Shown here: in pieces, positions 14,715 to 27,166 of the stretch | How the letters are laid out: each line of letters begins with the position of its first letter | Position numbering within the stretch: the stretch's first letter is position 1 | Source: Camelus ferus | Lineage: Eukaryota | DNA length: 64,000 nt | Assembly: GCF_009834535.1 (NCBI RefSeq) | Contig: NC_045696.1 | Span: forward strand, 52,082,001-52,146,000 | Reading direction: 5' to 3' | The notes under the pieces: generated by a model | Seen by the model: the letters and a program-made list of their open reading frames with translations, nothing else | What the model was told of the DNA's origin: nothing | Database searches by the model: none | Translations under genes and position numbers: made by a program

Positions 14715-14925
14715 AATAATAGTAGTATAGTTAAGACTTATTAAGCACTAGCTACATGCCAATCACTAAACTAAGAATTTTACATGTATTGTGTTAAAGC
14801 TAACTCAACACAACAATATATGAGGTAGGTACTATTATTTTTCCAATTTTCTAAAAAAAAAAGTAACAAAGGAACAGAAAGATTAGGTAACTTGACTATG
14901 TCCATACTAATAGGTAGTGAAGCCA
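14715..14925 (-). mobile_element. MIR SINE
   Basis: ttattaagcactagctacatgcca...tgaggtaggtactattatt...gattaggtaacttg, reverse MIR. Confidence 0.8.
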
Positions 14926-17404
14926 AAAAGAGCTCTGCTGACATATCTTTGTTTCCTACCAGCCTGTATGCTCTTTGAGGGCAAGAACTTTGTGTTATGC
15001 ATTTAGCCTAGTTCAGTGTCTAGCAAATAGTAGGCATCCATTTATTGTGCGAAATAAAAGGAAGAAAGGGAATGAGGAAGGGAGGGAGGAAGGGAAGGGT
15101 AGAAATGAAGAAATTATATCTAGACATACTATGTTCTCAAAAAACTTTGATTTTCTTCCTTTATTTCCTTAACCCCAAAATCACAGGGAAAACTGCAATT
15201 ATGCTCAGGAATCCTAGGGTTTGGTGATTTCTCTCTCCTGGGGATTCTATACTATTATTCCTAGTACGAGTCATTGAGGCATCTGCTATTATTTGGTTTA
15301 GTATTCCAGCTGATATGTGTTCTTGGCTCATCTCTTAATTTCTAATATTGAGACGGAGGAATATAGTATACCACACTAAGTTTCTGGGGAAAAAAATGTC
15401 CTTAATATTGGCCTCTCATTCACTGGTATAAACCAAAGTGAAAAAAAAACTGTTCACAGAGGTAAAAGCATATCCAGGCTTAATAGTACCAATGAACATC
15501 CTCAACCAGTGGTACCAAAATTTGACAAGTTAAGCAAGATGTTTTGATGCAATGGATACTGGCTTACTATGCTACCTCTGCCATTGTTGTGTGACTACCT
15601 CATGCCATATATAAAATGGAACTTCAGAGAAGCCTATCTTGAGCAGGTCTTAACTAACCCTATTTTGACTCTACCTCTACTTGGCTCTATTTTTACTTAC
15701 TTACAGTTAGAATTTAATGAATAATAGAAACCATAATTATAAGCATGTATACAGTAAATACAAGGACCATTACTTCTGTTTAGCAAACAGATTTTTAATA
15801 TGATTTGATCTTGCCTGACCCTAAGAAAGTCAACATACATTTTATTTTTGTGTTTTCAGTGAGATAGAGTTAGGATGGGGGTGGAGGAGTAGGAGGAGAA
15901 AGCAATTGTTCAGGAAACCTATGGCATTGCTCATATAACACAGAAGATTTATTCATTCCTATGTTGCAAATATTTCCAAGGTGACAAGAGACTTAGTCAT
16001 TGAATGCCTCAGCATTGTGTGTAAAATAGGGGTAACACAGACTTTTCTCATAGCCAACAAAAATAAATACAAAGAATACTGCAAACAGTGTTATGGCAAT
16101 TCTTGATTATAAAAAGATCAATTTGTACATTTCTCATTTTAAGGACAGAATTTATCAGTACTCTCATCCCTGTCTCATCAGTAGTATGAGAACTAAAGGA
16201 AGTTCATCAAAATATATAACATCCAAACTGTATAACAGGCAACAAGTTTCTAGGACTCTCTTCTGTCCAGACATGTGTTATTCATATATGCATTCATTCA
16301 ACATTTAGAGACCACCTACTATGTATAAGGCATTGTATTAAGAGGCTATGGACAATCCTATAGTTAGCTCAATACCTGTATTTCCTACTGTCAAAGAGGT
16401 TAAATTCATATTATGGTAGTTTATTAAAAAGAAAAAAAAACAGACTTACATTGGTCAATAAAAGGAAAAAATACACCAGCTCCATGATTTTATGTTACTA
16501 AATACTGATGGAAACTCCTGAGCATTTTTTAAAATACAGTATTTTTTGAGAAGAATAATGCAAATTTTAATACGTTTCAATACTGGTAATTCGAAACTAC
16601 TAAATTATTTAATTAAATACTTAGCATATTGAGTTGTCACTTTTTATGTTCCATTTACAGAACTCTAACTAGTATATAATATGGTCTGTAATACCCTGTC
16701 TATATTAAAAGTGTAGATATTTGTCAGAAAATATACAGAGCTTTTACCTAAAATAAACAACATCACTAACAGCAACACTTAGGAAAAAATATCGGGTGAC
16801 TAGGATTGGATGAAAGTAAAGGATGATATTCCAGCCTTAAAATTTACATCTAGATTTTAATCCCTTTTCTAAGATTACTATTTTCGCTTCTTTTCCTCCC
16901 TCACTTCCACCCAACTGCAACAGAAGACACACGCACAAATCAGGAAATTATCTTACAATATATCCTTAAATTTTCTGAATATGCCCCATGTGTCCACTAA
17001 TAGCCAAATGCTTTCAAATCTGTTCAGCTAAATGGATCAATAACTACATCCAACCTCACATAGTGGGGTTGCCAACATAGTGAAATTGAGCCAAACACAA
17101 AATGTCTCTACGAGGACAAAAACTGTTACCAACCCAGTTATCTAGAGAGACCTGCTCTCCCCAGGTATCCTATAAAGAAGGTAACATACACATTATCTAG
17201 AGCAGTCAACAGCTACTAAAAAAATCGTTGAGACGCAGAGTGAAGAATTTGGCTAACATATTTAGGAGTTAAAACCAGTGAGTCTTATAATAAGCCAATG
17301 TTATAGTTCAAGGTCTACTTCAAGTAAGAATTTTTCAAATTCAGAGTACACAAAATACGTAACAGCACAAGCAAACTGCTAACAAGCTTCTCTGTGCTCT
17401 CACG

Positions 17405-17514
17405 CATATGACACAGCTGTGAGCAACAATTGAGCAGGTGCAACCAAGCTTTTGAGAATTCCTGCCTGTTGCCCAGGAACCACAACACCGTACAGTTAAG
17501 ATTTTAAACAGGTG
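17405..17514. promoter_or_regulatory. Candidate bHLH enhancer (E-box cluster)
   Basis: CATATG 17405, CAGCTG 17414, CAATTG 17427, CAGGTG 17435 and 17509 in non-repetitive DNA. Confidence 0.35.
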
Positions 17515-17990
17515 CAAACACTTTTTTCCATTCCTCTAGTGCTTAAGACAGTGCAGCAGACAGTACCTCTGCAACTGCTCCTTACCTAAAACCACCACCA
17601 TAGAAAAAACTCAAAAGCAGCAAAACAAAGTTTGAAAATAAAACAATAATGTCAAAAACAGTGATTCTGCAGTAGTCTCTGACCTCATATCAGCAGTTGC
17701 TGTAACAATACAGTTTCATAAAACACTCTCTACTCTCTTCACCAGATGAATGCTTTGTAATTAAAATTATTCTGCCTCATCAAATCTTAGAAATGTTTAT
17801 TTGATTCTTACAATAGAGTGAAATGGAAGGTATGTATAAAATGCACTATCCTTTGATGTTGTCAATATAAGTACTCAAAAATTAACATTTTCACATTATG
17901 AAATCTGTAAGTAATTTTAATACACAAAATAGTAATAGCTTGTTGATTAATAAATAGGTTAATATAACTATAGGTAATTCATATACATAC

Positions 17991-18036
17991 CTGTGCAGCT
18001 ATGGGGCACAGACAGATTTGCGATTTATCAGGTACT
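17991..18036 (-). other. Candidate 46-nt spliced exon of unidentified host gene
   Basis: Minus strand gttttacatttcag|AGTACC...GCACAG|gtatgt; one open frame (xVPDKSQICLCPIAAQ, phase 2 to 0); product not recognised, could be UTR. Confidence 0.5.
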
Positions 18037-18272
18037 CTGAAATGTAAAACAAATATGTAAGTAAGAATTAATTTTCTAAATGGAGCCAGTTATTTATGCT
18101 AGACAATTTCTGCAGAGAAGTAGAAAAGACTGCAGTCCTTAAAGAGCTGAGTTATTTTATTTCTGTATTTTCTCCATAGGATATTTCACATTACCCTAAA
18201 TTCACAACTGTACACAGAGCATCCCAGACCAGTATGATCAAACACAAGTGCCAGCAAGGGACTAAGACTTAC

Positions 18273-18300
18273 CATGGCCTCTGAAAGGAAAATGCTTTCA
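18273..18300 (-). other. Candidate microexon (8 nt, 18273-18280, or 28 nt, 18273-18300)
   Basis: Minus strand tttgtctcgtcctctag|TGAAAGCATTTTCCTTTCAG|AGGCCATG|gtaagt: two tandem acceptors sharing a consensus donor. Confidence 0.4.
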
Positions 18301-18839
18301 CTAGAGGACGAGACAAATACTTAAAAATGATTTTTTTTGGTATTCTTCCAAGACTATTGCCTTCCTCATACAAATATGATTCCTACTCTCTAAAATGAAA
18401 CCACCCAAATTCACCTACTCTCAGTTTGGATAGAATATTGGTGAGGAAGAAAGGAGCTTTTGTAGAGCAGTCCACAAAAATGCATAAATAAATAAAAGTA
18501 AACTCTGAATGTTCATTAACTTCAAGTTACAACAGCAAATAGAAATGAGATTGATTGCTATAAGAGGGAATGTTAAAGCCACACTATATATAATGCTTCA
18601 ACCCAACACACTTCAAGGAAACTGCCAATGAAGTAGGTATCGAAACAGAAGTACAGCTTAAGCAAGATATGCAGTTTACAATTAGACCTGAAAAATATTT
18701 GCATGTAGGTGGAAACCGTATTGCAACATGCAGCTTCTGAACTGCTGTGACCCTTAAAAATATTTCATAATTCTTTCTGAAAGCAAACTAAAATACTTGC
18801 TTTATATAATTCTGAGTGTAAATATCAGTCTTTCAAGCA

Positions 18840-19360
18840 AGTGTGTAGAAGAAATAATCAATTTTGATAGTGACAATAAAACATCATCTTTATAATACTT
18901 CTGATGAGAATGTGAATTGCTAAAAATTGTCTGGAAAACTATTGGGTAATATGTATCAAGAACTTAAAGTTCAGAATCTTTTCTCAGTAATTTTAGTTCT
19001 AGGAATCTATCTTACATAACTGAAAACCAACAGAGATTTATGTTCAAAAGATAATATGTATGACAGCAAAAAAACTAAAAGTAACCTAAATGTCCCATAG
19101 TGGAAAAAAATTAAAATTAAATAAAGCATAGCATTTCCATATAAAGTAAGGTTTTGAAACAATCCTTAAGTGGTACTATAATGTTTTATAAACATATAGG
19201 TACCAATTGCATGGACATAATGAAATTGTGTGAATGAGGAAAAAAAATATTAAGAGTGATTACATCTGAATAATAAGATTATGCATGATTTTATTTTTTC
19301 TTTTTAGTTTCAGATGTAGTTAATCCCTACAATAAATATTAATTTTATAATAGGAAGAAA
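18840..19360 (+). mobile_element. Ancient L1 (L1ME-like) 3' fragment
   Basis: tgatgagaatgtgaattgctaaaaatt...tggaaaactattgggtaatatgtatcaag...ttctaggaatctatc...aacctaaatgtcc. Confidence 0.65.
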
Positions 19361-19873
19361 TATTAGTTGTCAGGGTAGGGGCAAAAGAAAAAAGTTGTAG
19401 AGTGCCATATGGAAATCATAAATCTAAATGTCATAGTAAAATAAATTAATTTAGTCACACATAAAGTCCACTAAGTATACCTACAGTGAGAAACTCATTC
19501 TCACTGCCTCCTCATAGGGGTACAGCCAAGGTCTCTTTCATTCCACAGTTTTAAAATCTACACCAGTAATTCAATAACACATTTTTAATCATCTTGGCAA
19601 AACTTCTTTATTTATGCAGAGTGAAATGATGGCAAGAACAATTTAGGACTACAAATCTGTTCAACCTATTACAAACTAACTTAGTCACTAGGTCAACAGT
19701 GTTTAGTGAGCATCCATTACATGCAAAGTGTTGTTTGGCAATATGATAGGCTAAAAAATAAATTAGAAAACATCTTATCCTCAAAGAGCTAAAAGTGCTG
19801 AAAAAGTCTGTACATAATACCTTTCTATTAATTTTACTGTGAACTCAAAACTTCTCTAAAAAAATAAAGTCTT

Positions 19874-19997
19874 GGGGGAGGGTATAGCTCAGTGGTAGAG
19901 CGCATGCCCAGTGTGCACAAGGTCCTGGGTTCAATATCCAGTACCTCCATTAAAAAAAAAATAATAATCCTAATTACTCCTCCCCCCCAAAAAAAAA
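19874..19997 (+). mobile_element. Camelid tRNA-derived SINE (Vic-1 type) inserted in an L1MC-like 3' tail
   Basis: GGGGGAGGGTATAGCTCAGTGGTAGAGCGCATG (A box), GGTTCAAT (B box), cctaattactcctcccccc body, A tail; aaagtctt duplicated at 19866-73 and 20006-13. Confidence 0.85.
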
Positions 19998-20540
19998 CTC
20001 TAAGAAAAGTCTTAAAAAACAAAAAACAAAACAAAAAATATGTACATACAGCTCACATACAAATGTAAACACAATACAGTTTAAGGCATTTGTGACAGCT
20101 CTAGTATACTTTAAAGCAAGAAAACATATGTCAGGTTTATTTTTTATATCATTGAGCAAAAGCTGATATTTAGGTAACACTCAACAAAAGTCATCAGTAC
20201 ATACACGAATGTGTATCACTTATAAAATGCCCTAGTAAGTGTTTTTTCCTTACGTAATCTACTTTTTGTTAATAGAGTTATATAATAGGAGACCAGCTAT
20301 AAAGGAATATTGATTCAATTTCAGATGCCAGATGTGTAAGACTGTCTCATTATCTAAAGACACATAAAACATATGCACAATTATCAACAAGCCAGAGTTA
20401 TTTATTGTCAACCAAAGTAAATAAGTGAGTTACTTACTAACCCTGCCAAAGACACTGCTATAACACCTCCTCCAGGGGAAGAAAAGGAGGTTAGGATGGA
20501 TAGCCGAGTACTGAGGGTGAGAGGATCCCTAATAACCAAA

Positions 20541-20564
20541 GGTGGTGGTGGTGGTGGTGGTGGT
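20541..20564 (+). repeat. (GGT)n microsatellite
   Basis: About 8 tandem GGT units. Confidence 0.9.
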
Positions 20565-20844
20565 AAAGGTGAACCACTTCTGTTGTGCAGACAAAATAAT
20601 GCAGCATAGAGTTTCCCTCAATGGTTCACTTTCTTTGTGGCCGGTAACCATAATCGGTATTTGCCTGTCTGAAGCCAGTGCCACACAATGGTTCTGAGAT
20701 TCAGTCAATGGGGTCAGCTTGTGTGAGGCAGTGCCAAGCACTAACAGAAGCTATTCATATGATCAATGATCCATGGATCTGGGACAGCAGCAGAGTTAAA
20801 TTAGGTAAGATGGTTGTTAAGTGATTATCTTTTGCCATCAGACA

Positions 20845-21030
20845 AACCCGGAATCGACTTCCAGCTCTCTCTCTTCAATTGTGTAATCCTGGGTGAGTTA
20901 CAATTTCCCTGTCTGTAAATTGATCATTATGTTACCTACCCTATAGGATTGTTTGTGCCTACTACATGTTATAGGCATGTAAAGGAGTGCCTGCTATAAA
21001 GTAAGCTATAAAGAAGCTGTTAGTACTGTC
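20845..21030 (+). mobile_element. MIR SINE
   Basis: tgtgtaatcctgggtgagtta...tttccctgtctgtaaatt...acctaccctataggattgtt. Confidence 0.7.
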
Positions 21031-23594
21031 CTGTTGTATGAGAAAAGGAGAGGATGTCTATAACTTTAAGCTAGAGAGTTAAGCTAAACAAGGAGTAAGG
21101 AGATAGAAAGACAGCTTGCTCAAGATATCAGTCTATATTCTACAGCTCACCCAAGAGCCTGTCAGTCATGTGCATGCTGGATGTTCACAGAACATCTCTG
21201 AATCAGGAAACACTATAACAATACGAATAGCCACAATAAGCAACCCTAACAAGCCTTTTAAAGTAACATTCTTATTACTGAAGAGGAAGGCAGTGGGTTC
21301 TAAGTAATACATGTAGCAAAACTGCCCATTTTTCTGGGTGAAAAATGAAGGATCATAATCTGTACCTAACTGAAACAATCAGGAAATGAAACTATAAGGA
21401 CAAAATGAATGTAATTATTCAACTGAAATCAGAACAAAGTGTTGTGGGCTCCTTAACAGTCACATATGAGCAGTATCACTTATTTATGTATTCTAAAGAG
21501 ACCCTGCAAATGATCTGAGCTCACATATAATGCAAGGTTTGCAAATATAAGTAAAAAGTATTATTTTTTGTCAGGGCTTGAAATACAAAATGAATGCATA
21601 CTGATGTTCTAGCCCTTATTTCTGTTTTGATTTGGAGGACAGCACAAATCCAAAAATGCTAAATGGTGTCTTTAGAATCCCATGCAGTTTATGTAATCCC
21701 TAGAACTGTTTGAGTCTTGTGAGAGTGAGGTTACTCGCAGCACCATTCCAGGAGGAGATAGACTATAGAGAATTTTTGATAAGTTCTTTTTACTTCTAGG
21801 TTGGCACAAATGTGTTCTCCAGTGGGAACAAAATAGGTCCAACTCTATGTTGTGAAGAGCAGGTAAGTTTATCTTCCCTCCATACTGGATGGGCCTGGCT
21901 AGTGATGGGAGAGGGGGAATTTAATGGTGCCTCTTCAGCCATTAATAAACCTAATACCTTATTTATTTAGGGTACTAAAAAGGGCCTCGTCTGGGTCTCT
22001 AGGAGCAATGGCTCCATAAGAGCTCTGAAACTAAATTTAGACTAAAAAACATTTCCCCCATGACTGAGTAAGCATCCTCAGGAATATTTAGTGCTTTACA
22101 TTTTAAATTTGACCTGTTTTTGAGGAAAGCCACTATGTAATCCAAAATGCTTTTATTTTATTTAATATGTGTTTACTTCTTCTAGACCCACAACTGATCT
22201 GGATGCTCTATCATTATTATATTATTATAAAATGTAGACTTTAATCATCAGTAAAGCCAATCTAACTTTTTTTTTAATTGAGGTGCCCTAACTTCTGCAG
22301 TTTGTCTGAACAGAAAACCTAAGAAGATTAAGAGAAATTGTAATTTTAAAAGGAGACCTGAAAAACTTGTTAGTTATGCTTATTTTTATAAATTACTGAG
22401 TTAGCTCTATCAGAAAGAGGAAGTAAGAGAAGAAACAGTTATCTATTTATCAACTCTAAGAACTGGAAATAGATAAAGGGCAATAAGGAAGGAAAAGGAA
22501 ATCATACCATAAGTACCTATTAACCCAAGGGCACAACTGGTCTGTCTAGACCTTAGGTGAGACTAGCTATAATAAAGCTACAAAATGTATGAAAAGCTAA
22601 GTTTACAAAATGATTTTATATTTAAATTTTCTAGTATTATTGGCTAAAGGAAACAATATCAAATTTTACGTGTAAACTGATGAATTTGAACTCTTTAGTA
22701 GAAATCTGAACCACAATATACAATGTTAATAACTCTATTTATCCTGTAATTCACACTTCACAGTGTACTAAAGAGAAAACAGTTTTTAATAGATGATTAA
22801 AAACAAAACTTCTTACATGACAGTGTAAGAACTAGTAAAGAAAATTAAGAAAATTAGAATTTAGGTAAATGTTAAGAATAACATTTTCAAAATATTCTCA
22901 ACTTGAAGCTATGACTATGGAAAGGACTTATTCTTGGTGAATGTGAAAATTCTACTGCTCTGCTTGTATGCATTCCTGGGGTTTTAGTTTAGCTATTATT
23001 TCCTTCAGAATGTGATGTCCTGTGTTTAATCTTGTCATAATAATCATCACAGTGCATAGTGCTTATCTTTCATAGACTGTGAACATAGGGACACGGTTTT
23101 GTCCAATTCACCATTACATTACTAGTCCCTAGTACAGTATCTAATAAATAAAAAGTAGGTATGGGTTAAATATTAGTTAAAGGAATGTTGACTGTATTGT
23201 GTTATCATATATGCCTGATGATTAAGAAAATTCACAATGCATTAAAAAATTAACACATTACATTCTTAAACAAATTATTTTGCAACAATTAAAGGACTAA
23301 TTTCCCAACCTCTTCTTTTCCTTTTCCCTCCTACTTTTCCTCTTAATCAGTAGAAGTCCAAATAATCAGAATCTGAGTCTCAAATGTTTATAAAAGATTA
23401 GAAAGCCTGCTTGGTTTGGCCCCACAGTGGACGGAAGGGAGTGATCCAGATTTTACTCTTAAGCAGACACCTGTTATGGTAGAAGTTGAGACAAAGAGTT
23501 CCCTGAAAAAGTTTAATCAGTTGTGTGGTCCTTCTACAAGAGGCTGGCTCTGACTATTGTTTCTAAACAGATCCACCCATTATTTTATTCTTTT

Positions 23595-23780
23595 GTGTAA
23601 TTCATTACAGTTTGAATTATTCATGCAGTTACTGGTTTACATGTTTATTCTCTCTCTCTCCCACTAGGATGTATGCTCCATAAAGGCCATATTATTTCGT
23701 TCAGCACTCTATACCCAGGGTCTAGTTTAGTGCCTGACACACAATAGACACTCAGTAAGTATTGGTCAGATGTATAAATA
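23595..23780 (+). mobile_element. L2 LINE 3' end
   Basis: ctcccactaggatgtatgctccataaagg...agtgcctgacacacaatagacactcagtaagtatt. Confidence 0.75.
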
Positions 23781-24029
23781 TGAGGTTTGGAACAGCAGCT
23801 TCCAATCAAAAGAGACTGTAAAATTAGGTAGGTAACAGCTACCCCTACTGTTGTTTTCTCTACATTCCAAGACTATCTGCCACATGGAAGCTTGGATGCT
23901 GTAGGTACTCTTTTATTGTAAATCCCATTCATTTAATGACAAGTCAGGAAATGTTCAAAAGCAATACTAGGTAGGCTGGAGGTACAATATCTAGGAGAAA
24001 TAATGGAATTATAATGAGAACAGCAACCA

Positions 24030-24215
24030 CTTACAATTAGAAGTTTAGAGTTTAAATCCCAGCTTACTAAGTGTGTATCCTAGGGGAACTTAAATAATTT
24101 CCCTAAATATTCAGCTTCATCTAGTTAAAATGGGTTAGATAAAACTTTTATCTAACACGAAGGATTTAATGGCGATTAAGTGAGATTGTATATATATAAA
24201 AGCAACTGCTAGTAT
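24030..24215 (+). mobile_element. MIR SINE
   Basis: gagtttaaatcccagcttactaagtgtg...aacttaaat...cagcttcatctagttaaaatggg. Confidence 0.65.
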
Positions 24216-24991
24216 AATTCACGGCATTTAGGAGAAGGGGCTTACTACAAATTAGTTCCTTTGTGTTGGCCAGCCAGTGTCTGCAGCACAATAGAGATAA
24301 GATTTGACTAAAACCCCAACAGCAGACATTTTGGGTGGGGAAAAATGAAAGAAACAAGGATTCAAAGGCAAAAATAAAGTAAGTTGGTATGAGGGACAAT
24401 AAGTTAAAAAAAAAAAAGCATAAGATAGAGCAGTAGGAACAAAATAGTAGTTACAAATGAAAAGACATTTTAACATGATACAAAAATTACCAAGAAAATC
24501 TATTAGCTTTTTCTTAGGTGACATAAACGTCCCCTCATATAAATAAAATAACTGCTACTATTATAGTTGGGAGAAAAATCAACTGAAACGTATTCGAGAT
24601 TTAACATTCTTCACATGACTTCACATGCTGGAAACTCAGCCTGTGTAAATATAGCCATGAACTTTATCATTTACTGTGGTAAAGTAAAAGCATTATACTC
24701 CTCTGTGTACTACCTGCACAGTTATAAAGGCAAATGTGGACTTGCTCTTTAGGTACAATTACAAGGCATCAAAATGTAGAGGTTGGCCCTTTCTTTGCAT
24801 TTTGTGATTATCAGAGGCAGTGGTTACCAACATTGGAAGAGAAACTGGCTATCATGAAAACTTTATTGGAAATTCTTTTTTTCACACTTAGTTCCTTTCA
24901 CTTTCTCATTATCTTAGTCAAACTTATGTCAGCTCCCTCATTAAAACTGTTTTCTGGCTGAATCATTATCTTTCTAATCTCTGTTTCGGGG

Positions 24992-24992
<1 letters not shown>

Positions 24993-25019
<27 letters not shown>
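24993..25019 (+). repeat. (GT)n microsatellite
   Basis: About 13 GT units. Confidence 0.95.
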
Positions 25020-25022
<3 letters not shown>

Positions 25023-25329
25023 CCGGTCTGTTCATTGATAAAGAAAGAGAATAAGAGGACTTAGATGCATTGCATACCAAAAGTAATCACCATACCACCT
25101 CAAGGAATGCCCACGCAGTACCAATAAGTTCATAAAAAGAGTTCATTTGAATTCATAGTCTTTGTTGACCTGTGATGATAAACTTCTTTTTAAATACTCT
25201 ACCTATTTTTCTTTTTCTTTCTTTCTTATCTTTTTTTTTTTTTTTTTTGTATCAGCACCACCTAGTTCAGGGACAGGCTCAAAATACACAGCCACTGAAT
25301 ATTTCCTTCGTTACCAAAAAAAAAAAAAT

Positions 25330-25720
25330 AATAATTGAGTGTTTACTATATGCCAGGCATTGTTCTAGGTGGTGAAGATACAGCATTGAAAATAATAGAT
25401 GAAAATTTCTAATCTCATGGAAATTATATTTTTGTGTGGGCCACTGACAATAAGCAAGAAAAATAAGTTAAATGTATAGAATGATAGACAAGGATTCATG
25501 CTAAGGAATTAAAATAAAGCAAGGAAGGGAAAAATATATTCTAGGATGGTGGAGTTGTGATTGAAATTTCAGATAGGGTGACCAGTGATGATATCATTGA
25601 AAGGTCACATTCAGGTAAAGACCTGAAAGAAATAAGGGAATGAGTTGGGAAGATAACCTCAGAGCAAAAGCATTCAAGCCAAAGAATGGAAAGGAAAAAG
25701 TTCCCCTGGGAGGAGTATGC
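25330..25720 (-). mobile_element. L2a LINE fragment
   Basis: attgagtgtttactatatgccaggcattgttctaggt...gatacagca...aaggtcacattcaggtaaagacctgaaaga. Confidence 0.85.
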
Positions 25721-26743
25721 TCTTCTGCTCTCCATAAAAATGTCAGGCTAGATTCACACAGAATATTCCTGTCAAAACATAGAGGTGCTACATTTAAGAG
25801 AGAAAACACACAAACACATAGGTAAACAAAACTTTTAAAATGTTTGATCTTACAAGAAAGAAATTAAAATTCTAAAAAGATAGTAATAAAAAGGGATGTG
25901 AAAAACAGAGCATTTGGCATCATTATGATGCTACCACCACACCCCAGAGGTATTATCCAACTCAGAAGTAATCATAAAATCTTAGGGACACAAAGCAGGT
26001 TTACAATAATGGCGATCATAGAGAATGGGAACCAAGTAATATGACTGGACTCCTTCAAAAAAGAAGAAACACTCTACTAGGACAGTCTCAACAACCTCAG
26101 CCATGTAGAAGTCACAAGAAAAGGAAACTCCAATGAAGAAGAGATTACATATCAAAAATATCAAACGTATAAGAAAAGGCTTTTCCATACATGAGTCAGC
26201 AGACACAAAAGTGCTTTACACCAAATATGAGCATTATCTTAGAAAATGAATGGGGAGGGCACAGTCTTAAGAACTGAAGGAATAGAATATTAATCTCAGA
26301 CTTCAGTGGGACAAAATTTTAAAATGATAAAAAAATTTAAAAAGAGGCAAAAATAAGGAGAAAAAAAACATGAAAAAGGCAGATTTGATAAAAACCAGAG
26401 AGATTTACAGGAATGTAGTGTCTATTAAAATTAATATATGAAATGAGTCTATGTCACATTAGATGCAGCTAAAGGAAGAATTACTGAAATAAAAGATAAT
26501 TCTTAGAAATTTACTCAGAATAAAAAAGAAAGATGGAAAATATAAAAAGAAAGATTAAGAGATATGAAGGATAAAATTAAAAGATCTATGAAAAAAATAA
26601 AGACAAACAGGCACTATCTGAATTAATAATGGATATTTTCCAGAATTAATAAAAACAAGAAACATCAGATACATAAAGCAAGTCCCAAGAATTTAAAAAA
26701 AAAAAATCCAAATCTAGATACATTATAATGAGATCTAGAACAC

Positions 26744-27166
26744 TGTATCACTCGTGGTCCAATCAAGGAAAATGCAAACCACTCAGAGTATTTAAAATGT
26801 GTTAATATAAAGTATGCAAAAGAGACTGATAAGTGAACCGAGGTATAATGACACAACCCAGAGATTAGCAATGACAAGGGACAGAGGTAAAGTGAGAAGT
26901 CCTGGTGGACCGATTCTTCAGGAGCTGGGTCCACCGGAGACATGTAGCAGTGTTTAGAAATGTCACCCAAGGCTGACAAAGGAGAAATAGTTTAATTTCT
27001 CCTTTTCTTCAGTCAATTACCAATGATTCCCATTGGCTGAGCCCAGGTAGAAGAAAACTGATTTGAAAACCTAGGAAATTCAGCTTGAAGTGGTCAGCCC
27101 TCTTTAAAAACAACCAAGAAAAAAAGAGAAAAGAATGAATCTTAGAGCCAAACAATCCACATGTAC
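26744..27166 (-). mobile_element. Old MaLR/ERVL-type solo LTR inserted in L1 ORF1
   Basis: Starts TGT; cccattggctgagccca...gaaattcagcttg...ggtcagcc motifs; L1 sequence (ctagaacac|caaagataaagag) resumes after it; imperfect 5-bp TSD aacac/aaccc. Confidence 0.55.

Noticed and set aside
19874..19948. tRNA gene
   Set aside because: The tRNA-like head continues into a SINE body, A tail and TSD; it is a SINE
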